DNA of 64,000 bases from positions 6,574 through 70,573 of the forward strand of contig JBDRLL010000033.1 in NCBI GenBank assembly GCA_043813075.1, in the 5' to 3' direction. The position numbers and the translations under genes are program-made. This DNA comes from Candidatus Altiarchaeota archaeon. Lineage in GTDB: Archaea > Altiarchaeota > Altiarchaeia > IMC4 > SCGC-AAA252-I15. This document shows positions 56,412 through 64,000 of this stretch, in pieces. Position 1 is the first letter of the stretch. Each line of letters starts with the position of its first letter. The notes beneath the pieces are model-generated. The model had not been told where the DNA came from and searched no databases. It was given only the letters and a program-made list of their open reading frames with translations.

Positions 56412-58325
56412 ATGTCTCCAGACAGTGTGAGCTATCATTTGATTGCGTTGTTCTTGCTGGCCATCCTATCGACTACGATAATAGTCGGCTGGACGTATTC
56501 TGGGGTCATCAATGTTGATGACAGGTTGGATGTGAAACCTGCAGTAGTTGAAGACAATAATAAAACCCTAAAACTAGCCGGTAAGGCGATAAGGGCGGCT
56601 GTGGATTCCGGCGACGCCGGCGAGTGCGATGCCCTAGATGGCAGATTGCTTGTGGAATGCGTGATTGAAGTCGCTAGGACTTCAAAGCCTGACGCGTGCG
56701 AGATGCTCAAAGACCATGCGGGAGACTATGGGAAATGCATTACTGAAGTGTCGCTTGTGAAAAACTCTGGAAAATGCGATATGCTCGGCAAGAAGACGAA
56801 GGAATACGTTAACTGCATAACAGAGAAGGCGAGGTACGAGATGAGGCCGGGCCTGTGCAACATGCTGAAGAAGGGCGGGGTGAAGGGCAAGGATTACGCC
56901 TTCTGCATAACAGAACTGTCGAAGGATATGGGCGAGGGTGTGTGCAAGAGGCTGAGGGAAAACAGCAGGAGGTATGAGTCCTGCCTGAATGAAGTCTCAA
57001 TAGAACAGGATGGGGAAGCGGGAGAAGGCTTATGCCCTGACTGCAACGTGCTGGTAATACTGATAGACGCCTTGAGGCCCGACCACATGGGCTGTTATGG
57101 GTATGATAAGGACACAAGCCCGAACATTGACGCTCTATCGGAAAAATCATTCCTATTCAATAATGCTGTCAGCCAGGCAACGTGGACCAAGCCATCCGTA
57201 GCCTCGATCTTCACGTCACTGAATCCTGGAAGGCACTGCACATTAAAGTTCAGCAACACGATAAGAGACGGTCTTGACACCAACGCCCTCCCTAAGAAGC
57301 TGACGACCATTGCGGAGGCGTTCAGGAACAACGGCTACAGGACTTACGGCATCACAAACAACCCGTTCATATCGCCTAAACTACAGTTCGGCCGAGGATT
57401 CAACACATATAAGCTTATAGGATGGAGTTCCCCCACATACACCAACGACAGGAAGGCGACGAGTGAGGTGCTGGACATACTATCGCGGGGGGGGAGAAAT
57501 GAGAGGAAGTTCATTTACCTGCATTACATGGGACCACACACGGAATACAATCCCCCACCACCATACAACAAGATGTTTTTAGGGGGGGATTACGTGTTCA
57601 TCGACACTAGGATGAAGCACCAGAACGAATACAACAGGATTAACCCGGGGATGCTTAAGGTGAGGTATATGGTGTCACAGTACGACGGTGAAATCGCGTT
57701 CATAGACTCTGAGGTGAAGACGCTGCTAAACGGCTTGATGGAGGAGAAGATGCTTGAAAAGACCATAGTCGTGATAACAGCAGACCATGGGGAATTCCTC
57801 GGTGAGGACATAAACGATGACGGTAGGAGGGAGTTTGGACATGTTTACCCGCCCCATGAGATAATGGTGAAAGTGCCCTTGATAATGCATGTTCCGGGCG
57901 TCGATGGGGCTCGCGTCATAAGCCAGCAGGTGAGGCTGATCGACTTGATGCCGACACTGCTGTCCATGACTGGGGGCGCAATACCAGACGGGCTGGACGG
58001 CACAGACATCACCCCAATGCTAAAGGGCTCTGAAATGAACCTCACCGCATACAGTGAGGAAAACAACCCTGAAGTATACTCCATAAGGAGAGGTGACTGG
58101 AAATACACGTATGACTTCAAGAAAAACACGGGCAGCTTATACAACATAACCGCAGACCCGTACGAGAGAGAGCCTGTGGCAAACGAGGGGAAGGTGGAGG
58201 ATGCGCTGAGGGAGGAGATGATGGACTACAGGGACAGCAGGCTATGCGGCGAAGACTACGACGCCACCACCGGCCTGAGCAAGGATACGATAGCCAGGCT
58301 CAGGGCCATAGGATACCTGACGTGA
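56412..58325 (+). CDS. Sulfatase-like (alkaline-phosphatase superfamily) hydrolase/transferase with N-terminal TM and five Cys-pair repeats
   Basis: It has a TM helix, then five copies of C-x2-L-x5-10-[YL]-x2-C-[IVL]-x-E, then VLVILIDALRPDHMGCYGY. Where sulfatases have C/S-x-P-x-R it has SQATWTKPSVASIFTS (Thr/Val at the positions of the formylglycine Cys and the Arg). It also has HYMGPH and TADHGE. Confidence 0.65.
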   Translation: MSPDSVSYHLIALFLLAILSTTIIVGWTYSGVINVDDRLDVKPAVVEDNNKTLKLAGKAIRAAVDSGDAGECDALDGRLLVECVIEVARTSKPDACEMLKDHAGDYGKCITEVSLVKNSGKCDMLGKKTKEYVNCITEKARYEMRPGLCNMLKKGGVKGKDYAFCITELSKDMGEGVCKRLRENSRRYESCLNEVSIEQDGEAGEGLCPDCNVLVILIDALRPDHMGCYGYDKDTSPNIDALSEKSFLFNNAVSQATWTKPSVASIFTSLNPGRHCTLKFSNTIRDGLDTNALPKKLTTIAEAFRNNGYRTYGITNNPFISPKLQFGRGFNTYKLIGWSSPTYTNDRKATSEVLDILSRGGRNERKFIYLHYMGPHTEYNPPPPYNKMFLGGDYVFIDTRMKHQNEYNRINPGMLKVRYMVSQYDGEIAFIDSEVKTLLNGLMEEKMLEKTIVVITADHGEFLGEDINDDGRREFGHVYPPHEIMVKVPLIMHVPGVDGARVISQQVRLIDLMPTLLSMTGGAIPDGLDGTDITPMLKGSEMNLTAYSEENNPEVYSIRRGDWKYTYDFKKNTGSLYNITADPYEREPVANEGKVEDALREEMMDYRDSRLCGEDYDATTGLSKDTIARLRAIGYLT

Positions 58326-58526
58326 TCAGACGACAATCTTCAGCGCGCCAGTCGGACAGTTCATCTCGCACGCAGCCCTGCCATCACACAATTCCGGGTG
58401 AGCCACGACACACTTCCTGCCGCCAACTTCGGATTCGACCATAGTCAAGACCTTGGGGTTTACGGGGCATATCCTAACGCAAAGCCCACAGCCAACGCAC
58501 TTTTCACTATCGACTACAGGATGCAT
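58326..58526 (-). CDS. Small 2x[4Fe-4S]-type ferredoxin
   Basis: It has CVGCGLCVRICP and a second, atypically spaced cluster, C...CDGRAACEMNCP. Confidence 0.7.
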   Translation of the reverse strand: MHPVVDSEKCVGCGLCVRICPVNPKVLTMVESEVGGRKCVVAHPELCDGRAACEMNCPTGALKIVV

Positions 58527-58579
58527 GACGCCACCTGGATGATTGGTTATCTATGAAGTCGAAACTTCTTAAGATAAAA

Positions 58580-58903
58580 TCATGCGAGAGTGAACATGCC
58601 TGAAAGGATGTTTGATGTTATAGAGGCCTTCAACGCGGTCTTCAACGGCTGCTTGAGCAGTATTTTCGTTAGATAAGCCTCCGTCAGGACAATCACCGCC
58701 TCCATCATCAACAGCGCAATAACGTAGTTGTCGTAGAAGAATGGGAGGATGAGCCACAAGAGGGGGAGGGTTAACGTGTTAATCAACACCAGGGCAGACA
58801 GCTTCAAGCCCAAAGGCCGTCTTATGATCAGAGAGTAGGGTATTGACTCCAGCAGGTTCGTAAGGATGAATGCGTGTAGAAAGGAGTTGACTGCAATGTT
58901 CAT
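58580..58903 (-). CDS. Small polytopic membrane protein, unknown function
   Basis: The 107-aa protein has about 3 hydrophobic helices. It overlaps the upstream gene by 4 nt. Confidence 0.45.
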   Translation of the reverse strand: MNIAVNSFLHAFILTNLLESIPYSLIIRRPLGLKLSALVLINTLTLPLLWLILPFFYDNYVIALLMMEAVIVLTEAYLTKILLKQPLKTALKASITSNILSGMFTLA

Positions 58904-59439
58904 TCTTTCTTCTTTTTCCTGTCAACAAGGATTTTGACCACAAATGCCAGAACCAACAGGCCGACAAGACCAACCCCGACGACAACTACCATGATGACCA
59001 GCAGGGGCAGGCCGAAGTAGAGTGAATCCCATAGGCTGACGTCAGGTTCTTTCCTTGAAACCGTGCTTAGCCTCATCTGACGGGAGTTGGAGTCAAAGTA
59101 TATTACGTGGAACACTGTATGGCCCGGCTTCAGGTCATACTGGTCGGATACCACTGACTCGCCGACAACCCTGCTGAAAACAGGAGGATTATCGCCTTTA
59201 GGTGCGACATCAAAAGGCACCGCATAGAGGGTTATGTGTGTGTTAAGCTTGTACACACTGGTTTCAGACGTCACCGGCTCGAGCTTCTCAGGCCATATGA
59301 CCCCGGCATAGTAGAACCGGTAGCCGGGATAATTCCCCATGTTCGAGATTGTGAACGTATAGGACGGGCTTGGACCCACGTCGGCTAATGCAGAATTCGA
59401 TAGAAGTGATAAGACGAGTAGTAGAATTACGTAGCGCAT
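58900..59439 (-). CDS. Secreted, C-terminally TM-anchored protein, unknown function
   Basis: It has a signal peptide (MRYVILLLVLSLLSNSALA), an ectodomain of about 120 aa, the TM LLVIMVVVVGVGLVGLLVLAFVV, and the tail DRKKKKE. Confidence 0.5.
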   Translation of the reverse strand: MRYVILLLVLSLLSNSALADVGPSPSYTFTISNMGNYPGYRFYYAGVIWPEKLEPVTSETSVYKLNTHITLYAVPFDVAPKGDNPPVFSRVVGESVVSDQYDLKPGHTVFHVIYFDSNSRQMRLSTVSRKEPDVSLWDSLYFGLPLLVIMVVVVGVGLVGLLVLAFVVKILVDRKKKKE

Positions 59440-59469
59440 GTTATTCTATGACAGGTTAATATAAAATAC

Positions 59470-59907
59470 TTAAACCCCGCATTCAGTCAGGATTATGGCG
59501 CCGTCAGCGGCGACAGTGTACACCATCTCATCACCGTTCTTGTCGTATGCGAACACGTTGAAGAAGACGTCATTCAACTCCGCGGCACGGCGGACGTCAC
59601 TGTAAGAGATTTTCTCAGCCTTCACGTAATCCACGACAACCTGCTTTGCCTCCCCCGGAGTCCTTACCGGAGACTTGCCTTCAACCAGCACCGGACCCTC
59701 AACCCTGTAGTCACTACACCAGCATTGCTCGACCATGCACTCGAAGAGCCCGCACACGTCATCCCTCTCACCCCTGCATTCCTGAGGTATCTCAGCCCAC
59801 GCGATACCCTTATACCTACGCAAGTCGTCGTCGCCCTGATTGCCCCCGTCCATGCAGCCTGACAAAAGCAGGAAAGCGACGACGATTATGGTGGATTTCA
59901 TGCCCAC
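59470..59907 (-). CDS. Lipobox lipoprotein with Cys-rich segment and PepSY-like C-terminal domain
   Basis: It has MGMKSTIIVVAFLLLSGC, then ECRGERDDVCGLFECMVEQCWC, then EAKQVVVDYVKAEKISYSDVRRAAELNDVFFNVFAYDKNGDEMVYTVAADGAII. Confidence 0.5.
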   Translation of the reverse strand: MGMKSTIIVVAFLLLSGCMDGGNQGDDDLRRYKGIAWAEIPQECRGERDDVCGLFECMVEQCWCSDYRVEGPVLVEGKSPVRTPGEAKQVVVDYVKAEKISYSDVRRAAELNDVFFNVFAYDKNGDEMVYTVAADGAIILTECGV

Positions 59908-59938
59908 TAATCCTTATAAAATGGCTGTTAATATATTC

Positions 59939-61078
59939 ATGACACATATGAAGCGTAATGTATCCGCGCTTACGGTATTCTTTCTCATCACATCATTAAC
60001 AGTCAACATGGTCGACGGCAAATCCCTTGGAGACGTTGACTTTGGCAAGGACGGGTGGCAGGTAAAACACTTGGAGTATACTTTCCCCTGCGAAGGCTCG
60101 GCATACGAGGATGGACCATGCCACGGGCAAGAGGAATACCATACTATAACCATTGAATGGCCGGCTTACACTGTAACGCCGCTCCTAACAGCGTATAATA
60201 CGATAACCCATACCAGCGACCATGGATGCAAGTATGGTGGATACGGTTCCACAAAGATATTCGCGGACAAAATATCGGACACCGTGCATTTTGAAGGGGA
60301 ATCTAGGTCATTCCTCTCGGGTAAGGGTGAAAACCGTAGTTACGGTCCGTTTTACGCGGAGCCTGTTAAGGTGAATATAGTGCTAAGGCAGTGCGCGGAC
60401 TACGGATACCTCTACAAGACGACTTTCAGGAAGGATGTCTATTATAAGAATCTCGGATCCTGCGACAACTTCTGTATGACGGCTCACGACAACTGGTCAC
60501 GAGGCAGGGTAGTACAAGGCGAACAATATAAACAGTGTGAATGCTACTGCAAGGAGGGGGACGTGAAGGTGAACAGGGCATATGAGGGAAGATGGGTGTG
60601 CGAGACGACGACCACAACGCTAAAGACCACGACAACAACCTTCCCCCAATACGACAAGGACAAGGAATACTGCGGGCCGGAGAAGAACGATATCATCATG
60701 AAGATTATCCCCCGCGGCCACCTATTCTCTGGTGTGGACTTCAATAGGGGATGCTACGAGCATGACAGGTGCTATGCTGAGTGCGGGCAGACTGGGAAGT
60801 CTAAGGAGTCTTGCGACAGCGAGTTCCGGGAGCGTCTGCATGGGGTCTGCGAGAGCGTATTCGACATATACAGGAGCATGTGCCTGCAGAGGGGATGGTA
60901 CAACCCGTTCAGGTACTCCTGCCTTACCATAACCAAGAAGAACGAGTGGGACTGCTACGGGACAGCCAACACATACTGGGCGGCTGTGGCGGCTGGCGCA
61001 AACATGTTCGACGCATACCCCTGCGGGAAAAAAAGCGAACCATCAAGACCATACACACCCCAGAATCCGCACAAATAA
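59939..61078 (+). CDS. Secreted modular protein: shared N-domain, Thr linker, phospholipase A2-like C-terminal domain
   Basis: The signal peptide is MKRNVSALTVFFLITSLTVN (the start is uncertain among 59921, 59939 and 59948). The N-domain is paralogous to the next gene and the linker is TTTTTLKTTTTT. The C-terminal VDFNRGCYEHDRCY (HD at 60761-60766) matches the [FV]DF-x3-C-x2-HD-x2-Y motif of prokaryotic/fungal secreted PLA2. Confidence 0.55.
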   Translation: MTHMKRNVSALTVFFLITSLTVNMVDGKSLGDVDFGKDGWQVKHLEYTFPCEGSAYEDGPCHGQEEYHTITIEWPAYTVTPLLTAYNTITHTSDHGCKYGGYGSTKIFADKISDTVHFEGESRSFLSGKGENRSYGPFYAEPVKVNIVLRQCADYGYLYKTTFRKDVYYKNLGSCDNFCMTAHDNWSRGRVVQGEQYKQCECYCKEGDVKVNRAYEGRWVCETTTTTLKTTTTTFPQYDKDKEYCGPEKNDIIMKIIPRGHLFSGVDFNRGCYEHDRCYAECGQTGKSKESCDSEFRERLHGVCESVFDIYRSMCLQRGWYNPFRYSCLTITKKNEWDCYGTANTYWAAVAAGANMFDAYPCGKKSEPSRPYTPQNPHK

Positions 61079-61100
61079 AAAGGGTTGGGTTAATAGGTAA

Positions 61101-63038
61101 ATGGTAGCAGTGGCTCGCTTTACCCTGTGCGTTGCGGCAATATTTTTTCTCGCGTCATCAGCGTGCGCTGACTACCGCATCGACTACTCTACTGGACGAA
61201 CCAGCATGGGTGCGGAAGGATGGAATCATAAGAGCGACACTTTCACGTTCACATGCCATGGGGCGGCAGACCTTGTGAACACACCATGCTATGAGAAGGG
61301 AAAACCAGTGACCCGGGAGATGACAGTGTCCGGCAACTATGTGGTAATATACTTTGGGGAGAGATACGAGACTCCAGGATATGAGATGGGGCCTGAAGAC
61401 CTTTGCTGGGTGAAGTACATAAGGGATGGGGAAAAGAGGGCCATATGGTTTGAAGGCCCCATCAAGGAAAAGGCGGGAGTGCAGGAGGGTTATGGCTTCG
61501 ACTCTGAGATAATGAAGGGGCCGGTTACCATACAATACACTTGCAGGCCATACGGGTACGGGAGCTACGTGTATTCGGTAAGGCCGACAAACTGCTGGGT
61601 GGACATATACTATAAGGCCTACAACACGTGTAATGATTTCTGCACTGCGATAAGGGATAACGCATACGGTAAAGAGGAGGAGGGTGTCTGCAACTGCTAC
61701 TGTAACCCTGAATTCAGGAGGGCATACGATTACCTTGTTGTGGGGGAGAGGAAATACCGGCAGGAAGTATGCGCTCCCATAGAGACTACAACGACGACAA
61801 TTAAGACGACCACTACAACACTGAAAAAAGCCACGACCACAAGCACAACCCTCAGGGATAGGAGGGCCACGACAACGACAATACAGGGCTATCGTACCGT
61901 GCGGGGTCAGGTGCACGACGCATACGGTATCCCGCTGCCGAAAGTGAAGGTGGGCTTGTTCTGGCCGGACGACGGGAAAGAAAAGATCACTTACACAAAC
62001 GATGACGGATACTATTCCATTAAAGGGGGGCCGACTTTTGGTGTTAATCCGGAGAACAATGAGAAGGCTACCATAACGGTCTACCTGATTTCTGAGGGAG
62101 ATGGTATACAGATACTTGACTCCAAATCCCACAATACCATGGTATACATTAAGACAGAGTTTCCATTGAACAGTGAGGAGGACTTGATGCAGAACATTGG
62201 CTTTCCGTTGACCGAGTTTGACTGGATAACGTACTCGACGAGAAAGGAGTACCTGCATGATGCTGCAGTAATCTACCATGAGACCATGAGTGCTGTGAAG
62301 TTCTATGAGGAGACTCTCGGCGAGAGTGTGGGATACCAGACTCCTGAGGAGATTCGAATCAACAACAACCAGTATTGTGCGGCATGCCATGTCATTAGGC
62401 CGATCACTCCCATAGAGGATATGGGGATATACTACGACGATGATACGACAGACTATCAGTGTAAGGACCGCCACGACAACCGTGAGTGGCATGAGTTCAG
62501 CCACCACATGATGCTCGATGCATACAACGACTTCCCGGATGGAGGGGGGAATAACCACGGCGGATTTGCAAACCCCGATACTATTGACTCATTCCAGGAA
62601 GGATTTGCTGAGGCCATGGCGATAATCATAAGCGCTGAAAAGAAGGAGCCGTCCCCGAGATTATACGGCACGCACTTTGGTGATATAGACGTGGAGAGGA
62701 ACTATATGGACGACGAGTGGGAGGAGATCAGTGTCGCAGGCCTGATATGGGACCTCTACGATCCGAGAAGCTTTGGCGACGAGGATATGGTGGACATGAG
62801 CTTGAAGCAGGTCTGGGATGTCATAGGGACATATACTCTGAATGTGACGCACCTCTACAATAAGCTGGACAGCCTGGATAACGACGACTTGAGTGAAGAC
62901 GAAGATGGTGACGGGATAAGCGACCTGGACGAGATATTCATAGCTCATGGATTCTACTTGGATGAAAACAGGAATGGAGTATACGATATTAATGAAACAG
63001 TGGGGAGGGGGGACATAGACCGGGAATGGAGGCAGTAA
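61101..63038 (+). CDS. Secreted modular protein: shared N-domain, Thr linker, CarboxypepD_reg-like domain, HExxH gluzincin metalloprotease, acidic Ca-binding-like tail
   Basis: The signal peptide is MVAVARFTLCVAAIFFLASSACA and the linker is TTTTTIKTTTTTLKKATTTSTT. It has VRGQVHDAYGIPLPKVKVGLFWPDD...YTNDDGYYSIKG, HEFSH (62490-62504) with downstream SFQEGFAEAM, and DEDGDGISDLDE. Confidence 0.65.
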   Translation: MVAVARFTLCVAAIFFLASSACADYRIDYSTGRTSMGAEGWNHKSDTFTFTCHGAADLVNTPCYEKGKPVTREMTVSGNYVVIYFGERYETPGYEMGPEDLCWVKYIRDGEKRAIWFEGPIKEKAGVQEGYGFDSEIMKGPVTIQYTCRPYGYGSYVYSVRPTNCWVDIYYKAYNTCNDFCTAIRDNAYGKEEEGVCNCYCNPEFRRAYDYLVVGERKYRQEVCAPIETTTTTIKTTTTTLKKATTTSTTLRDRRATTTTIQGYRTVRGQVHDAYGIPLPKVKVGLFWPDDGKEKITYTNDDGYYSIKGGPTFGVNPENNEKATITVYLISEGDGIQILDSKSHNTMVYIKTEFPLNSEEDLMQNIGFPLTEFDWITYSTRKEYLHDAAVIYHETMSAVKFYEETLGESVGYQTPEEIRINNNQYCAACHVIRPITPIEDMGIYYDDDTTDYQCKDRHDNREWHEFSHHMMLDAYNDFPDGGGNNHGGFANPDTIDSFQEGFAEAMAIIISAEKKEPSPRLYGTHFGDIDVERNYMDDEWEEISVAGLIWDLYDPRSFGDEDMVDMSLKQVWDVIGTYTLNVTHLYNKLDSLDNDDLSEDEDGDGISDLDEIFIAHGFYLDENRNGVYDINETVGRGDIDREWRQ

Positions 63039-63039
63039 G

Positions 63040-63510
63040 ATGAATAAGACGTTTGTAATAATCGCGGTATTAATGCTTTGCGGGCTAGCGGATGCTACAC
63101 CATTAAAGCCTTTGGAGGGGTCATACATCCGGGTGAACGTTGTTGACGCGGAAAGCGGAGTGAGGATAAGCAACTATACGATAATCGTGTCTGTCGAATA
63201 CCCTGGTGATTTGAAGCAGGAAAGCTACACATACAACAGAACTTATGCTGGCGAGAACAGGATAGGCTTCTCCATGCCCCCCAGGTCATATGGTGCGGGG
63301 GCAAAGATAAGCGTCACATCAGAAGGCTACAACACGTCAGTCACTGAACCCATGACCAGCGACTACTACTGGAACAACCTGGGTGGGGAATACATCAAGG
63401 AATACACCTTCAAGGTCAAGAGGGAGGAGAAGCCACTATGCTGCATACCGGCCGTGGGATTGATCCTGCCCCTAATGGCAGCGGTCACCGCAAGACAGTT
63501 CTTAGGATAG
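63040..63510 (+). CDS. Small secreted protein with prealbumin-like domain and C-terminal hydrophobic anchor
   Basis: The start lies 2 nt after the upstream stop. It has the signal peptide MNKTFVIIAVLMLCGLADA, then YIRVNVVDAESGVRISNYTIIV, and the C-terminus PLCCIPAVGLILPLMAAVTARQFLG. Confidence 0.5.
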   Translation: MNKTFVIIAVLMLCGLADATPLKPLEGSYIRVNVVDAESGVRISNYTIIVSVEYPGDLKQESYTYNRTYAGENRIGFSMPPRSYGAGAKISVTSEGYNTSVTEPMTSDYYWNNLGGEYIKEYTFKVKREEKPLCCIPAVGLILPLMAAVTARQFLG

Positions 63511-63554
63511 TTTTATCCTGCACTACACATAGTTAATGCGATGAGGGTTTTGAA

Positions 63555-64000
63555 GTGATAACCACACTGCTGATACTAATGTGCATGGCTGTGTTGGTGG
63601 CATGGTCCAGCAGCAAGGCGGTGAGATACAGCCTGGAACTAGCATCTATACTCCACCTAAAGACTTTTGTCGTCGGATTCATCGTGCTCTCACTGTCGAC
63701 GTCACTGCCAGAACTCTCGGTTGCAGTGATGTCAGGACTGTCGGGAGTCCCCAGACTATCGATAGGGAACATAGTCGGCGCCAACTTCATAGACCTGTCG
63801 CTGATACTGGGCCTTGTCGTAATCCTGGTGGGCGAAATCAAGCTGGAGAAGAAGGACGAGCTCGACCTGATAACCATCTTTGCCATAGCAACGCTGGTGA
63901 TGCTCCTGATATTCACTGGTGAAAACCTGACTAGAGCCCAGGGGGTAGTGCTGATAGGCCTCTACGTCCTCTCCATATTCCACATCTACTCGCAGGAAAA
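63555..64000 (+). CDS. Sodium/calcium exchanger (CaCA, YrbG/NCX-like), 5' part, runs off the window
   Basis: This gene is not in the ORF track because there is no stop in the window. Manual translation from the GTG at 63555 gives ...LSLSTSLPELSVAVMSGLSGVPRLSIGNIVGANFIDLSLILGLVV..., which is the alpha-1 repeat signature of CaCA exchangers. The listed ORFs 63533-63916(-) and 63581-63922(+) are shadows. Confidence 0.75.
   Translation, partial: MITTLLILMCMAVLVAWSSSKAVRYSLELASILHLKTFVVGFIVLSLSTSLPELSVAVMSGLSGVPRLSIGNIVGANFIDLSLILGLVVILVGEIKLEKKDELDLITIFAIATLVMLLIFTGENLTRAQGVVLIGLYVLSIFHIYSQE

Noticed and set aside
61158-62558. A 466-aa ORF on the minus strand, one of the longest in the track
   Set aside because: It is entirely antisense to the signal-peptide/HExxH protein at 61101-63038. 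Its composition is implausible (V/R/H/C/L-rich with no motifs). The plus-strand frame is supported by paralogy with the upstream gene. I treat it as a shadow ORF.
63533-63983. Three overlapping track ORFs at the window end (63533-63916 minus, 63581-63922 plus, 63756-63983 minus)
   Set aside because: A different plus-strand frame starting at the GTG at 63555 encodes an unmistakable CaCA exchanger alpha-repeat (TSLPEL...GNIVGANFIDL) and has no stop before the window end. The listed ORFs are shadows of it.

Overview
This window is an archaeal chromosomal segment. By eye it is about 50% GC, with heavy AGG (Arg) and ATA (Ile) codon use. Genes are tightly packed and several starts use GTG or TTG. 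I support about 60 features. I saw no tRNA, CRISPR array, transposase or integrase.

Positions 1-36 kb are mostly housekeeping genes: MptE-like kinase, serS, archaeosine TGT, class II HMG-CoA reductase, MetAP, tmk, RFC-large-like ATPase, an inositol-phosphate synthase plus archaetidylinositol-phosphate synthase operon, pgk, Hel308 and TtuA/NcsA. This stretch is interrupted by a 1838-aa cytoplasmic orphan giant ORF (8984-14500) and by three tandem arylsulfotransferase-like beta-propeller paralogs (27.9-31.4 kb).

Positions 36.7-63.5 kb are rich in envelope and secreted proteins. They include a membrane-tethered wHTH regulator followed by a Methanococcales/Thermococcales-type S-layer gene with an elaborate AT-rich leader, and an unlinked 5S rRNA. 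The strongest candidate for an undescribed system is a PMT-like GT-C glycosyltransferase next to a 1720-aa secreted protein that has about 20 four-Cys modules and a (T)nLKP stalk. Nearby lie a sulfatase-like enzyme, lipobox proteins and a three-gene secreted cassette. In that cassette two proteins share an N-terminal domain and a TTTTT(L/I)KTTTTT linker but carry different heads, one phospholipase-A2-like and one HExxH gluzincin.

The taxon cannot be assigned from sequence alone. The S-layer termini, class II HMGR and unlinked 5S are compatible with a thermophile-like euryarchaeon. All functional calls come from motif reading of the supplied translations; no database search was run.
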